IMG/VR virus record: IMGVR_UViG_3300024518_002533
Span: 1-53,352 of that record
Length of the DNA: 53,352 nucleotides
Source of the DNA: a virus
Lineage: Duplodnaviria > Caudoviricetes
Reading direction: 5' to 3' (one strand)
This document shows, one piece after another, positions 17,687-27,923 of the stretch. A model generated the notes under the pieces. The model was given only the letters and a program-made list of their open reading frames with translations. It did not search any database and had not been told where the DNA came from. Positions within the stretch are counted from its first letter, which is position 1; each line of letters starts with the position of its first letter. Position numbers and translations under genes: made by a program.

Positions 17687-19363
17687 TTAGCTCCTGAATT
17701 CTTCGGGTATCGTGGAAATTACCACGTTGCGGTCTGTGTGCATGATTGCCCGCGCTCCGTCGATCGATATCCCCGGCGTAACCGAGAATTCGAACGCGTA
17801 CGGTCTCGGCGGGTTTGGTAGCGGTCCTTCGATGGCTTGCGGATCGTTGCCCGGTATCCATTGCACCAAATACCATTCTTCGGTATCAGACCGATACCAC
17901 GCTAAGACCATCGCGTCGCCCGCCCAGTGTGCGTGTTCGAATCCAACGTACACATCCACTCCGAGTGTGGCTCGCATCGTCGCCTGGGTCAGTGTGTGCG
18001 TTTTGATGGGCGTACCGCGATCGGAATAATCCCAGACTTCAAACCCGTCTATGTCCGCGAAGTAGCCAACCATTTTGGAGCCTCGAAATGTCTCGTGAGA
18101 CATCTCCCGTCCAACCTGGATTTCTTGGATATAGCTTCCTGTCCAATCGCTAATAAACGTCTTCGCCTGCAAGTCTGGAATCGCTACGTTAGATAGCGAG
18201 AATCCGATACCTAGCGTGCCTCGGTCAAAGACGTTGTGAAACTTAGTCGCGAGACTAGCGCTCATGTCATTGACCCAGAAGCCCCCACGCAGCGTTCCGT
18301 CATTGTCGAACGGCTGTAGGTAATCTGAGTCGTCGTTGTTGTACCCCAAGACGTAAAGGATGGGACCGCCAGCACTGTTGGCTGACGTCGACCAAGAGAC
18401 GGCCTTGCCGTCACGGTCTCCCCCTAGGTCTGTGGCGCCTCTCAGTTCCAAGACTCCTGCGGTTGACACATGCCACCGCTCCAGGGAATTAGCGTTGAGT
18501 AAGAAAAACTCATCCCCAGAACTTCTCCACATCCAATTTCGCTGCACTGAGGTAGGGACCACCGGCACCGAATCGCCGGCTTGGTTAACCAGTCGCCAAT
18601 TAAACTGGAAGTCGCGAACCGCTACCCACTCACTCGGGATTGAAAACGGAAGAGAACCGCCGCCACTGGTATAAGAGAATCTCGTCTCGAACAGTGTTTC
18701 GCTCCAGTCGACTTCGGGCGGTTCGACAATTGGCGGCTCACCTGCGTTCTCAGAAACAATAAACGTGTTGCCGATGACCATGACACCGATGCCATCGTCT
18801 GCATCTTCTGTCGGGTCGAATCGCTCCAGGTATCGAATTCCGTGCAACGGCAGCAAACCGTAGTAGCCCCAGTCGTCGCAATTCTTCCTGCCTTTCTGGT
18901 CCTCTGGCGAGGCGTGGAAGTGTGTCGGGCCTGCGGCGCGGATGGTGGTCGACTTGGAAAACCGTAGCGGTTCCATGAATCCTTTGCCTGGACAGCCTTC
19001 AAACCCTAGTGCAATATTCGCGTTAACGTTGATCGAGTATCGCAATTGCTTCAAACGGACAATCAACCGCTCCATCCACCAATAACAGCCAACGCCTTGC
19101 TTCTGGATAAGCTGCTGTCGTCTGTCTGGCGGGTGTACGCCTGTTCTCTGCGTAATGCCAATTCCAACCTTAAATTCCAGGTCGGTTGTCCTCGGAGTGT
19201 CGTTGACAACAAAACCATCGGGGTAAACCGATATGTAGAATTGCCCAGCGCGCGGCGGTGGTCGGTGGTCCGCTTGGACTCCGCATTCTTTTTCCGTGAT
19301 ATCGAAGTCCGATCGGATCGTGGCAGCAATCGTATCGAGTATTGCGCTGAGGTTCGTTGTCAT
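17687..19363 (-). CDS. Tail terminator/completion-like N-domain fused to a beta-rich (propeller-like) C-domain
   Basis: N-terminal ~185 aa resembles neck/terminator proteins by position and pattern; acidic Pro linker; aromatic beta-rich remainder. Confidence 0.5.
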   Translation of the reverse strand: MTTNLSAILDTIAATIRSDFDITEKECGVQADHRPPPRAGQFYISVYPDGFVVNDTPRTTDLEFKVGIGITQRTGVHPPDRRQQLIQKQGVGCYWWMERLIVRLKQLRYSINVNANIALGFEGCPGKGFMEPLRFSKSTTIRAAGPTHFHASPEDQKGRKNCDDWGYYGLLPLHGIRYLERFDPTEDADDGIGVMVIGNTFIVSENAGEPPIVEPPEVDWSETLFETRFSYTSGGGSLPFSIPSEWVAVRDFQFNWRLVNQAGDSVPVVPTSVQRNWMWRSSGDEFFLLNANSLERWHVSTAGVLELRGATDLGGDRDGKAVSWSTSANSAGGPILYVLGYNNDDSDYLQPFDNDGTLRGGFWVNDMSASLATKFHNVFDRGTLGIGFSLSNVAIPDLQAKTFISDWTGSYIQEIQVGREMSHETFRGSKMVGYFADIDGFEVWDYSDRGTPIKTHTLTQATMRATLGVDVYVGFEHAHWAGDAMVLAWYRSDTEEWYLVQWIPGNDPQAIEGPLPNPPRPYAFEFSVTPGISIDGARAIMHTDRNVVISTIPEEFRS

Positions 19364-20049
19364 GGTCCATACGTCCCACTGAAGCTAACCGCATGGTTCC
19401 CGCTCCCAGACTGGTCGTTAACCTGTCCGGCGTAGTCGTAGTGCATCACCAACGCATCTGTCGGTGGAAGATAGTTTTTATAGGCTTCGGTCAATTCCTC
19501 CGATGTCCAGGCGCGAGAATAGAACCGCGAGTCGGCCATGTGCATCGGCTGTGCGTCACCGCTCGTAAAGTTCGACTTGCCGATCCAGACTTCCTGATTC
19601 TGGTAAATACCTACAGGCCCGGCAAAGGTATTCGAACCGATCTCAACCCCGTTTAGGTAGAGCTTTTGCTCGCCAGCTTTGTACGTTGTTACGAAATGAT
19701 TCCACTTGTTATAGAGCCCCGTCCCCGTCACGACCTTAATGGAAAACCCGCTACTCTCAAAGTACGCCTGGCATTCCCCGCCGATACGGATCTGTTGCGC
19801 CTGCTTGTAGAACGGCGCTGCATGGGAAGTGTAATCGTATGACCAAAGGATGACGTAGTTAAGATCGACTAGCGGCTTGACCCAGTGCGCTATTGTGTAT
19901 TCCTGCAAGTTGAATGTCCCGAATCCATCTGCCTTCACCAACACGAAGTCGTCAAGCGCGAAGATTCCCCACGCCAACGTAGGATCCGGACCCTTCGCCG
20001 CACCAGACGTGGCAATTGCTCCGCGCTGATTTCTAAGCCATAGGGTCAT
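19360..20049 (-). CDS. LamG/concanavalin-A-like lectin domain structural protein
   Basis: YTIAHWVK, WNHFVTTY, KLYLNG, IGKS, DSRFYSRA, DQSGSGNH. Confidence 0.85.
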   Translation of the reverse strand: MTLWLRNQRGAIATSGAAKGPDPTLAWGIFALDDFVLVKADGFGTFNLQEYTIAHWVKPLVDLNYVILWSYDYTSHAAPFYKQAQQIRIGGECQAYFESSGFSIKVVTGTGLYNKWNHFVTTYKAGEQKLYLNGVEIGSNTFAGPVGIYQNQEVWIGKSNFTSGDAQPMHMADSRFYSRAWTSEELTEAYKNYLPPTDALVMHYDYAGQVNDQSGSGNHAVSFSGTYGP

Positions 20050-20345
20050 TATGAGTATCGGTATGCGAGAAATACGGGACGCAGTTGTAGGGTAAGATCG
20101 GCAGCCGTCGCGCCAGTTAGCACCGCGCGTACGTGTCCGGATGGGATTTCAATCGCTGCGTTGATCAAATCTATATCAGCCAGCGTGTCAACCAGAAACC
20201 AGTTTGCTCCTCCGTCCGGACTCCACTCCACCGTTGCGGATCCGCCACCTAATCCGTCCCACCCTACTAGGGCATGGCGTCCCGATCTTGCTTCGAATGC
20301 TGCGCTAGTGCCGTCTGCCGTTTGGTTTGTAAAAAACGTAATCAT
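20049..20345 (-). CDS. Small beta-sandwich virion protein
   Basis: GG.ATVEWSPDGG.NW...VRAVLTGAT; coupled to its neighbours by start/stop overlaps. Confidence 0.6.
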   Translation of the reverse strand: MITFFTNQTADGTSAAFEARSGRHALVGWDGLGGGSATVEWSPDGGANWFLVDTLADIDLINAAIEIPSGHVRAVLTGATAADLTLQLRPVFLAYRYS

Positions 20346-21037
20346 AGCTCACCTTGTAACCGTTCTGCCAAATCATTTCGCGCTACTACTGCCGCGGCTC
20401 TTACCCACTCGGACGCCTCTGTTTTGGTCGGCTTAATCCGTCGCGCTGGTCTGTTTTTCGATGGGTCGCCTCGATCGCAGTCGCCAGCATACGGCACCGA
20501 TGTGCCAAACGTCATTGACGTACCGTCAACCTCTTTCACCTGGTCTGGAGAACCATCAGGATGCAAGGATTCTGCCAGCCGCTCGGTATCCACGTGGATA
20601 GGAACGCCCCCGGCTGTCTCCGTTGCGCCCCAGACCATACTTACCGCCATCGCGTTAGCGTCGACCTTGTCATAGCCCTCTGACTGGAAATGACGCATTA
20701 AGTCTTGAGCACGCCACGACGCACGTTTCTCCTGATACGCTGGTCCAATTTGAGCCCAATTGTTTTGTGTCTGCTGCTTTCGCTTTATCGTCGATGGAGC
20801 CAATGGCGCCCACTCTTGCAAAAACTCGTCATGTCCACCCTGAGACTTTGCCATGAAAGCGGTATGCCAGCGAGTAAAGAACACCTCGGCGACCGTTTCT
20901 CCTAGGTCCGCAATCATCTCTTGAGTTGCGTTCACAACGTGAAAGGTGACGACCTCGCCGGTGGGTGGATTAAAGACCACGGTACTCCAGTCGCCTCCAA
21001 TCATATTCCGTCTCTTCAGAGGCGGCATCGTCGCCAA
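20342..21037 (-). CDS. Virion morphogenesis / tail completion protein (Mu gpG-like)
   Basis: WAPLAPSTIKRK, DT.RLAESL, FGTSVPYA, RPAR. Confidence 0.75.
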   Translation of the reverse strand: MATMPPLKRRNMIGGDWSTVVFNPPTGEVVTFHVVNATQEMIADLGETVAEVFFTRWHTAFMAKSQGGHDEFLQEWAPLAPSTIKRKQQTQNNWAQIGPAYQEKRASWRAQDLMRHFQSEGYDKVDANAMAVSMVWGATETAGGVPIHVDTERLAESLHPDGSPDQVKEVDGTSMTFGTSVPYAGDCDRGDPSKNRPARRIKPTKTEASEWVRAAAVVARNDLAERLQGEL

Positions 21038-21521
21038 CGCTGGTATGCGGGTCGACTCGAACCGGATTGAGTCGGTAGTTACGGTCGATAGTCATGTTGC
21101 TCATCGCCATACCGACGTCCGAAATCGTCTGAATGTCGGGAATGTTGAAAGCGCCGCTCTTGAGTAACGCGAGCTGTAATTCTATCCGCGTGATTTTGTT
21201 GCAGAATTGTTCTGGATTGCCTCGGCGTCCTGACAATGCGCTTGCTGCCATGTAGCTTGCCCAGCGGCGAACCGTGCGAGAACCAAGCAGCACGCTTGGA
21301 TCGTATTGGTGGGTCGCGAATCCGTTGATATCGTCGGTGGCTTCGGCGATGCAAAGGATTAGGCGTTCCTCTTCAATGCTCCCAACGGTCCCGTCGTCGT
21401 CATCATCCAGCCGGACGTCGAGCCCTTCGATGCTCCAGATAGCCTCCACCTCCGCTCGAGACGAATACAGGGGTAGCTCGGCGACCACTTCGAGGTAATT
21501 AAAACTAGCGTTGAACGGCAT
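20970..21521 (-). CDS. Head-tail adaptor (Mu gp36/DUF1320-like)
   Basis: YSSRAEV, IAEATDDINGF...Y, L.LLKSG. Confidence 0.75.
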   Translation of the reverse strand: MPFNASFNYLEVVAELPLYSSRAEVEAIWSIEGLDVRLDDDDDGTVGSIEEERLILCIAEATDDINGFATHQYDPSVLLGSRTVRRWASYMAASALSGRRGNPEQFCNKITRIELQLALLKSGAFNIPDIQTISDVGMAMSNMTIDRNYRLNPVRVDPHTSVGDDAASEETEYDWRRLEYRGL

Positions 21522-21523
21522 TA

Positions 21524-21889
21524 TCAAACCCCAAATGCAACAGACCAACCGTCGCCCAGCAAATCGCCCCGCACCTGCCCTCGATGGTGACAAAACACCT
21601 CTAAGATAGTGCCTGGCAAATCCGAAATGAAATACAGTCTCTCCCACAATCCGAGCAGCTCTCCAGTCTCAAACCCTGGCTTTCCGGCAGGGATTGCCAG
21701 CCCGCCTCCTTCGTCTAAGTCTTCAGCGGCAAACGCTATCCTCGAAAACCCGCTCAGCGTTCTTGAATTTTTTGAAAACGCACTGTTTGCCGTCCTGTCA
21801 ATCACTGTCAGCCGAGTCGTATTCGGCACCAGAGTTAAGACCTGCACATGGGTGTTCGGATAAATTCGTAATAGCGTGCGGTGTGACAT
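21524..21889 (-). CDS. Hypothetical structural protein
   Basis: 121-aa ORF between the capsid terminator and the adaptor gene. Confidence 0.5.
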   Translation of the reverse strand: MSHRTLLRIYPNTHVQVLTLVPNTTRLTVIDRTANSAFSKNSRTLSGFSRIAFAAEDLDEGGGLAIPAGKPGFETGELLGLWERLYFISDLPGTILEVFCHHRGQVRGDLLGDGWSVAFGV

Positions 21890-21920
21890 AAAAAAAGGGG
21901 GAAGGGTTGCCCCCTCCCCC
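21890..21920 (-). terminator. Rho-independent terminator after the major capsid gene
   Basis: G-rich/C-rich hairpin with a GCAA loop, followed by a T7 tract on the minus strand. Confidence 0.85.
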
Positions 21921-21955
21921 GTCGCGGCGGCGCTCAGGTTGTGTCCAACTTCTTC

Positions 21956-23098
21956 CTACGCTGGTGTGTAAAGGTCAGCCCAGAACCAAGCTTGGGGAAC
22001 GTAGGGCGTAGGCAATCCGTTATCCAAGGCAACAAGCGACAGACTAACTGGATGCCGGTTCGGCTCCAGCCACATCGTCATACCATACGCCTCCCGGATT
22101 GGTCCCTGCAACCGCTCCTGAACAAGCTCCGAACCGTTACGCCATTCTATCCATTCCGAACTAGGCGCTGGAGTGAACAGCCCCTTTCCAGGAGGGATGA
22201 ACGGAACAGCTGTGCCATCGTCCAGCAATACTTCGTCGTCGTAAACAATGAACTGAATCATTGGGTAACCACGAAGATGGAATGTCAACACGTTCGACAA
22301 TTGCCGCTCGGGGTTGTTCGATTCCCAAGTGATATGCTGCCCTTCGTTCGTGATCACGTTCGCCGTACCGGTATGAGTATTCACCGCTTCGGACTTCAGC
22401 AAGTATTGAGCACCTTCAGCGTCCAGCCAGCAGAGCTGAATCGGGTAGCGGCTGCCTTTGACTGCCACTTTGTTCAGCGTAATAAATTCGCCGATTGGGT
22501 CGCAATTAACCGCGTCCTGCCAGTTGCCCGCGAACGTGTCTTTACCGCCATGAGGTACGGCGCCTTGATTGCTCGCCGGCAATCCAAAATCAACGTTGTA
22601 GTCTCCTGACCCAACCGGCACGGGCATGATGTCGTCCCCGTCCAGCAGCAGATCGAATCCACCTTGGAAGCAGAACGCCGTCAATGCTTCTCGGGTGTTC
22701 ATGAATTTTTCATGCTGATACCCAATCTGCTTGGTGATGTATTCCTGTCCTCGGACGTCCAAGGCACCGATGGGGCCACCTAGCTTACGCTTGCGAAAAA
22801 TGCGATCGCCTTCGATTGGAATCTGCTCGTACTGACGATAGACCGTCGCGGTCTTGGTCCCGACCAGGTTCGGCTTTCGTGTCGCCGGTCCAGAGTTTCG
22901 CAGACGCCCCGAGGACATCTTTCGCGTCCTGTCGAAGATATCCCAGCCGAATACCTCACCGCCGATGTCCGAAACGGCTGAACCGCCTGGCTGGAGCCCG
23001 TATATTTGCGATAGCCGGTGATTTGGTGAGCGCACGGTCGAAATGATTCGATCAATCACGACATGATTGAAGAGTTCCGAATAGGTGGCAGCAGCCAT
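21956..23098 (-). CDS. Major capsid protein (lambda gpE-like, HK97 fold)
   Basis: 380 aa; NTREAL...G, VDFGLP, W.D...DPIG, YD......G...FIP, GLP.P..P; preceded by decoration and protease genes. Confidence 0.85.
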   Translation of the reverse strand: MAAATYSELFNHVVIDRIISTVRSPNHRLSQIYGLQPGGSAVSDIGGEVFGWDIFDRTRKMSSGRLRNSGPATRKPNLVGTKTATVYRQYEQIPIEGDRIFRKRKLGGPIGALDVRGQEYITKQIGYQHEKFMNTREALTAFCFQGGFDLLLDGDDIMPVPVGSGDYNVDFGLPASNQGAVPHGGKDTFAGNWQDAVNCDPIGEFITLNKVAVKGSRYPIQLCWLDAEGAQYLLKSEAVNTHTGTANVITNEGQHITWESNNPERQLSNVLTFHLRGYPMIQFIVYDDEVLLDDGTAVPFIPPGKGLFTPAPSSEWIEWRNGSELVQERLQGPIREAYGMTMWLEPNRHPVSLSLVALDNGLPTPYVPQAWFWADLYTPA

Positions 23099-23172
23099 TG
23101 TTGATTTCCTTTAATGTTGTTTCGTGCGTTCTCCGGGGTTGTGGTTTGCCTGTTGGGCGTCTTGCTCGTTAA

Positions 23173-23676
23173 CTATTCTGGTTCCGCTGGTTCCGCTGGT
23201 TCCGCTGGTGGCGTGCTCGCTCCGATGATTTCCAGTAATTGAGCTGCACACCCCTCGACGTATTCCTTGCCACATTCGTTGACTTGTCCAAGTAGGTGCA
23301 TCTTTACGCCCTGGACTTCGTCGCGCGTCACGCACCGCCTGAACGCGCCGTCTATGTCTTTTTTCTCAAGGGATCCGTAATCGACCACCGTAACTCGCTC
23401 GCATGGTTCGCCCTGCCCGTCAATCTCAAACTGCGTAACTGTTGGGATGACGATTACGCGCCCGGTGACCTTCACCGCGTCAGCTCCGCAAATCTTGTCG
23501 GTTGCCTGCGTCTGGAGCTGTACACAACAGTTCAGACAATACAGGTCAAAACCGATTCCCTGCGACTTCTTGAGTTCAGGTAATTGAACCGTCACGTCCT
23601 CATCCATAAACAAGAACAAGCCAGTGTTCTGCCTTGGGTTGAGACGCTTCAGATTGTTGGTTGCGTTTAATATCAC
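23173..23676 (-). CDS. Hypothetical head-associated protein with (AEP)n tail
   Basis: 167 aa; TVQLP..K...G...motif; lies between the decoration and capsid genes. Confidence 0.55.
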   Translation of the reverse strand: MILNATNNLKRLNPRQNTGLFLFMDEDVTVQLPELKKSQGIGFDLYCLNCCVQLQTQATDKICGADAVKVTGRVIVIPTVTQFEIDGQGEPCERVTVVDYGSLEKKDIDGAFRRCVTRDEVQGVKMHLLGQVNECGKEYVEGCAAQLLEIIGASTPPAEPAEPAEPE

Positions 23677-23711
23677 GTTGCTTTGGGTCCGGTTTACTTA
23701 TTCAAAAACCG

Positions 23712-24191
23712 CTATGCGTTTTCGTACCAATCGTCCAGGAGGTAACCCAGCGCGATCAGTGCCGCAACAATAGTAGCTTCGGCTAAATGGCCAACGACGG
23801 GTCCGGCTGTCCCGTCATTGGTCCATAGTGCGCCTAGCTTGATGCGGGCGTGCGGGGCGTAGGTAACGCCTTGCTTGTTGGTGTCCACTCCGTTTACTTG
23901 AACTACTTCCTCGCCACGGAGAACGCCGTTTAGATTGTCGTTGACACCCGTCGCAGCGCTGTCGTAGGGCAGCCATAGCTTGGTTGCGTCTACAAAGGAC
24001 ATCAGCAAACCCGGGCGCAGATAGGTTGTTCGCCCGGTGTGGCTTTCGTCGCGAGCTGCGCCGCTAATGTTGATCGCTTGCGTCTGCAGATTGGCTAGCG
24101 TTTGGTCGCCCCAAGATACGACACTTTCGAACGTCGTGTGTACGTCGTGAACGCCTGGCGTCTGGTGGGTGACTCCGGGTAGATGTCCCAT
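23712..24191 (-). CDS. Head decoration protein (lambda gpD-like)
   Basis: TTYLRPGLLM......W.PYD.......GVL motif. Confidence 0.7.
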   Translation of the reverse strand: MGHLPGVTHQTPGVHDVHTTFESVVSWGDQTLANLQTQAINISGAARDESHTGRTTYLRPGLLMSFVDATKLWLPYDSAATGVNDNLNGVLRGEEVVQVNGVDTNKQGVTYAPHARIKLGALWTNDGTAGPVVGHLAEATIVAALIALGYLLDDWYENA

Positions 24192-24270
24192 CGTTATTTA
24201 CTCCAGTGTGTTTCGTGATCCTTTGGTTAATGGGGCTGTGTTGCTGTTGGTCTTGTTCGGATTGGGACGA

Positions 24271-26313
24271 CTAACGTACGAGTGGCTGCTGTGCGTTCGT
24301 GGGTGGAAGCAAGCCAGCGGTTCGCATCATGGCGTCAGCTGCTTGGATCGATTGCTCCTCGGACATATCGCTGTCTCCGGAAAACTGGTCTGGCTGGTCG
24401 TTGACCTGGAACGGCATGCCATTTCCAAATGCACCTGGCTGCTGCTGACCGAAAACGACGGAGTTCAGGTCGTTGCCGATCGTCTGCGACGTTTGCCCAG
24501 TCAATGCCGATCCGTCGTTGCCGGCTTTCAGCATATGGATTCGCTGGAACATGCCAGCGAACGTTGGGTCTTCTTTGTTTAGCTGGCCAGTTTGACTGAA
24601 CGTCAATTCGTTGTGTGTGAGTAGCTGCACGAACGCCTGCGCCTCGTCGGGTCGCATTCGCTGACCTTGAACTAACGAACGTAGTTCGCCGGCAATCAAA
24701 TGCTTCTCGACGTCTTGGCGTGCTTTGGTGGCGTTGCTGAACTGCAGGTCTTTGCCGTTGGCAATCGACGCCGTGTCTCCGGCCTGCATCTTGTGCATCA
24801 GTCGCACCGCATCGGGTGTCCACGCTTTGCCGGTCGCTGGGTTGGTCGGCGATCGCTTCAGGAGATTCATTGCAAAAGTAAGTTCGTCTTGAGACATAGC
24901 AATAGGGGCCGGTTGCTGAACCTTGGAACCTTCCGGTGCCTGAGTTCCGTATCCCTGCCCTTCCTCCATTTCTTGATAGTTGAGAACCGCTTTCGCCGCT
25001 CGGTAGATTGCCTCGATCGCGTTGTCGGCTCCAACATTGGGCCCGGCATCAATCCCTAGTTGTTTTAGCAGCTCTAGGCAGCTGTCAATAGTTATAACCT
25101 CAGAATTGGTACGCGTGCCAGAGTAGCTTGGCTGACCCATGGTCATCGAGCAGGCTAGACCATCGGTCGGGATGAACGGCTTTTGGTCGGTCATTACGGG
25201 ATGGACTACCGCCGCCACGTGGGTGATTACGTCGCGGTAATCGTTGCCTTTTCCGTCTCCCCAGTTCTTAGCTCGGATACTCAAGTCTTTGATTTTCGTG
25301 CCGAAGTTCTCGGCGTCGGCATCCGTGGACGGCTCGATTTCGACCGTCAGCGCTCCAGTTGCTTCGTCGAAGTCGATGTCCGTAAGCCAGCCGGCGTTGT
25401 CCTTCGGGTTCTCGCTCGGGTCGCGGTCTAGGATCGGCTCCGGGTCGCCGTTGTGGGTGTAAGGTACGGGAATGGACGTGCCGTTGTTGAGGAGCGTACG
25501 CGTTGATTTCGCCCAGTCCCGAATTCGATCCTTGGGAATGTCGATACGGTTCCCTTGCGGGTAATACGTTCCCGGTCGCATGACTTCCTTTTTGAATCGC
25601 TTAGGCATATTTGGCTTCCCTTGCGAAAATGGAACGAGTTCCCCTTCGCTCTTTTCTGTCGATTCTAAGGCGTCGAAGCTGTGCAGAATTTCGCCCATGG
25701 CGTCCCACACTTCCTCTGAATTGAGCGACGGGACCTGGCGCTTGCCTTGCTTCAATGCCTCGAATACTAACGCTTCGGTGTCACCTGCGCCAACCGATTC
25801 GGCGTTAATTCCTGATAAAAGAGCCGATTGCAGCTCGGGATGGTCCCGGACATATTGCACGGTTAGGTCGAATCCTTTGACCTGTGCCGGATCTCGGGCA
25901 CGGCTGAGTTTGCTAATAAACGAGCCCCGGTTTTGCCTTCCGCTGGCGTCTGCGCCTAGAAATTGGTCGACAACCTCATCGAATGCGTCGTTGTATTCCC
26001 TCGCCTGCCCCTCGATTAGCTGGTGCTGCTCGCGCATGGCGTCGCGGAAAGCCGTAATCGTTGCCGTATCTGCCGTATCCAGGGTCTCGGCGATATCCTT
26101 GTAGAGTTGTGAACGCCGGAACCGCTTATCGTTTTGGGCCCCTCGCTGCTGCTCTTTCTCGCTGGATGTAACCCGTGCCGCTTCCCGCCGCTGGGTTGCT
26201 TCGCCGAGTTTGGCGCGGTGGACTCCAGTCAGCTTCCAACACCAATTGCGCATCTTGAAGCCGTTTTTTGGTCCGCCCGTAGGTCCGCATGGATGGGTTC
26301 CGGTTTCTGGCAT
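24271..26313 (-). CDS. Prohead protease/scaffold (Mu gpI-like) with a ~235-aa N-terminal extension
   Basis: Protease core from MPKRFKKEVMRPGTY: VPYTH, NAGWL, DLSI, ITHVAAVVHPV; C-terminal scaffold-like region. Confidence 0.75.
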   Translation of the reverse strand: MPETGTHPCGPTGGPKNGFKMRNWCWKLTGVHRAKLGEATQRREAARVTSSEKEQQRGAQNDKRFRRSQLYKDIAETLDTADTATITAFRDAMREQHQLIEGQAREYNDAFDEVVDQFLGADASGRQNRGSFISKLSRARDPAQVKGFDLTVQYVRDHPELQSALLSGINAESVGAGDTEALVFEALKQGKRQVPSLNSEEVWDAMGEILHSFDALESTEKSEGELVPFSQGKPNMPKRFKKEVMRPGTYYPQGNRIDIPKDRIRDWAKSTRTLLNNGTSIPVPYTHNGDPEPILDRDPSENPKDNAGWLTDIDFDEATGALTVEIEPSTDADAENFGTKIKDLSIRAKNWGDGKGNDYRDVITHVAAVVHPVMTDQKPFIPTDGLACSMTMGQPSYSGTRTNSEVITIDSCLELLKQLGIDAGPNVGADNAIEAIYRAAKAVLNYQEMEEGQGYGTQAPEGSKVQQPAPIAMSQDELTFAMNLLKRSPTNPATGKAWTPDAVRLMHKMQAGDTASIANGKDLQFSNATKARQDVEKHLIAGELRSLVQGQRMRPDEAQAFVQLLTHNELTFSQTGQLNKEDPTFAGMFQRIHMLKAGNDGSALTGQTSQTIGNDLNSVVFGQQQPGAFGNGMPFQVNDQPDQFSGDSDMSEEQSIQAADAMMRTAGLLPPTNAQQPLVR

Positions 26314-26391
26314 GGCGATCGATTCCTGCTGTTGACGTTCCCCGGATAGTATATTATCGAGCGTGCAACCTCAAAATAGGAGACAAGCCCC

Positions 26392-27738
26392 GTGTCACTA
26401 ACGCCAGCCGAATACTTGGATTTATTCGAAGATATCGGGTCAATCATTAAGGCAATCGACATCTTTCACGGAACCGCTGCCGGACCAACCGGGACTCCGG
26501 ACACGGTGGCAAACCTACGGGACCATCTCTATGCGACCTTGAACACCAATACCTCGGAAAACACTATTCGGGGAATCCGTGACGCGTACGAAAACTACGC
26601 GAACGGCATGTCATCCAATATATCGCGGCTGCTGGATCTCGCTCACCAGCGGCTCACCGATCGTGATACTGTCGTCTACAAACTTCTCTCCACGCCGATT
26701 TTCGATATCCAAGAGCTACTAGCGGAAATCATTCGCGACCTGCGAGCCCAGGGCCTCACATTCAATCAATCGGTGTCCACGGTCCCTGCCCAAGGGTCAG
26801 CAATCGCTGCCAACACGGGAGACGGGACGGTTTATCTTACGAACATACTGGACGGCTACACGCCTCCGTCTTTCGACATGGCGCCCCAGTTCGATTATAC
26901 CGGACGTGACTCAGAACTAATCGTTCCAGCCGAAACATTGACGTTCACATGCACACAAGACGCAGACTCGGACGACGTTGCCCGCGGCGAAGAAACTTTT
27001 ATCGTTGAAGGTGAATCGGGATGGCGACGGCAGTATGACTGGTTGCTCGAGGGTTCGGGAATCACCGGCACAATGTCAACAGACAACGCAGCGGGAATTG
27101 TCGCCAACCGAGATTTCGAAAGTTGGAATGATTCGAACATTCCCGAATCTTGGGACGTGATTAGCGGTGCGCCTGGCGTCGACTTCACCCCCGAATACGA
27201 AGTTGCGAACGTGATCGCCGGGCAAGCTTCCCTGCATGCGTTGGGCGACTTCGAGTTGAACCAAATCATTCCGCCCGGAATCGGTATCCGCCCAAATCGG
27301 CTTTATCGTATTTCGCTCTGGACAAGTGCCCCCATCGCAACTACGTCAACGCTCGACTTCGACATCTACAGCGAGGCCGGCATTGTCTCATTCCCGCCTG
27401 GCGTTTCCACTAGCACTATCGGAGATGCCGTCGTACCTCGCACCGCGTTAATGATGATGCCCGCCAGCATTCCCGACGATATGCGTTTTCGTTTGAAGAG
27501 TTCCGCGTTTCAAGAAGAATACTACGTCGACCGCCTGTCCTTCGCCCCGGTTAGATACTTCGGTGGCGTCGGCGTCAACATCCTAGCTGGGTCGGTTGAC
27601 TTCAGACGGCACGATCGCTTCACCGGTGCGGTTAGCAACGTGGAGGGAACGTTCCAGAGATACTGGCGTAGACGGTATGGCGTCCAAATGCCCAGTGCAA
27701 CATCGTTGTTTGATTTCGACGACTCACTTGCTGAGTGA
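26392..27738 (+). CDS. Hypothetical 448-aa protein with a carbohydrate-binding-like C-terminal half (probable virion protein)
   Basis: Long ORF on the opposite strand with SD AGGAG; N.DFESW....P.SW motif. Confidence 0.6.
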   Translation: MSLTPAEYLDLFEDIGSIIKAIDIFHGTAAGPTGTPDTVANLRDHLYATLNTNTSENTIRGIRDAYENYANGMSSNISRLLDLAHQRLTDRDTVVYKLLSTPIFDIQELLAEIIRDLRAQGLTFNQSVSTVPAQGSAIAANTGDGTVYLTNILDGYTPPSFDMAPQFDYTGRDSELIVPAETLTFTCTQDADSDDVARGEETFIVEGESGWRRQYDWLLEGSGITGTMSTDNAAGIVANRDFESWNDSNIPESWDVISGAPGVDFTPEYEVANVIAGQASLHALGDFELNQIIPPGIGIRPNRLYRISLWTSAPIATTSTLDFDIYSEAGIVSFPPGVSTSTIGDAVVPRTALMMMPASIPDDMRFRLKSSAFQEEYYVDRLSFAPVRYFGGVGVNILAGSVDFRRHDRFTGAVSNVEGTFQRYWRRRYGVQMPSATSLFDFDDSLAE

Positions 27739-27740
27739 AT

Positions 27741-27881
27741 GCTGGAAGCAAAGGACGCAATCGGTCATCACTGGCATGGCGTTACTGACGAGACGCAACC
27801 TAAACGGGTTTGCCACCTTAATGCGTCTGGTCCCTCCGAAAGCCCTGACGGGAACACATCACTTTGCTCTTTGCTTCCAGC
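27741..27881. ncRNA. Candidate structured RNA between convergent genes
   Basis: Perfect 13-bp closing inverted repeat GCTGGAAGCAAAG/CTTTGCTTCCAGC enclosing internal stems AGACGCA/TGCGTCT and GTCA/TGAC. Confidence 0.4.
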
Positions 27882-27923
27882 CGTTGGATTGTACCGACTC
27901 GGTTACTGTCGAATCAATGGTTT

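Noticed and set aside
27785-27845. Hammerhead ribozyme (CTGACGA ... GAAA on the plus strand)
   Set aside because: GAAA does not directly follow stem II (10 extra nt intervene), and stems I/III with a cleavage triplet could not be built.
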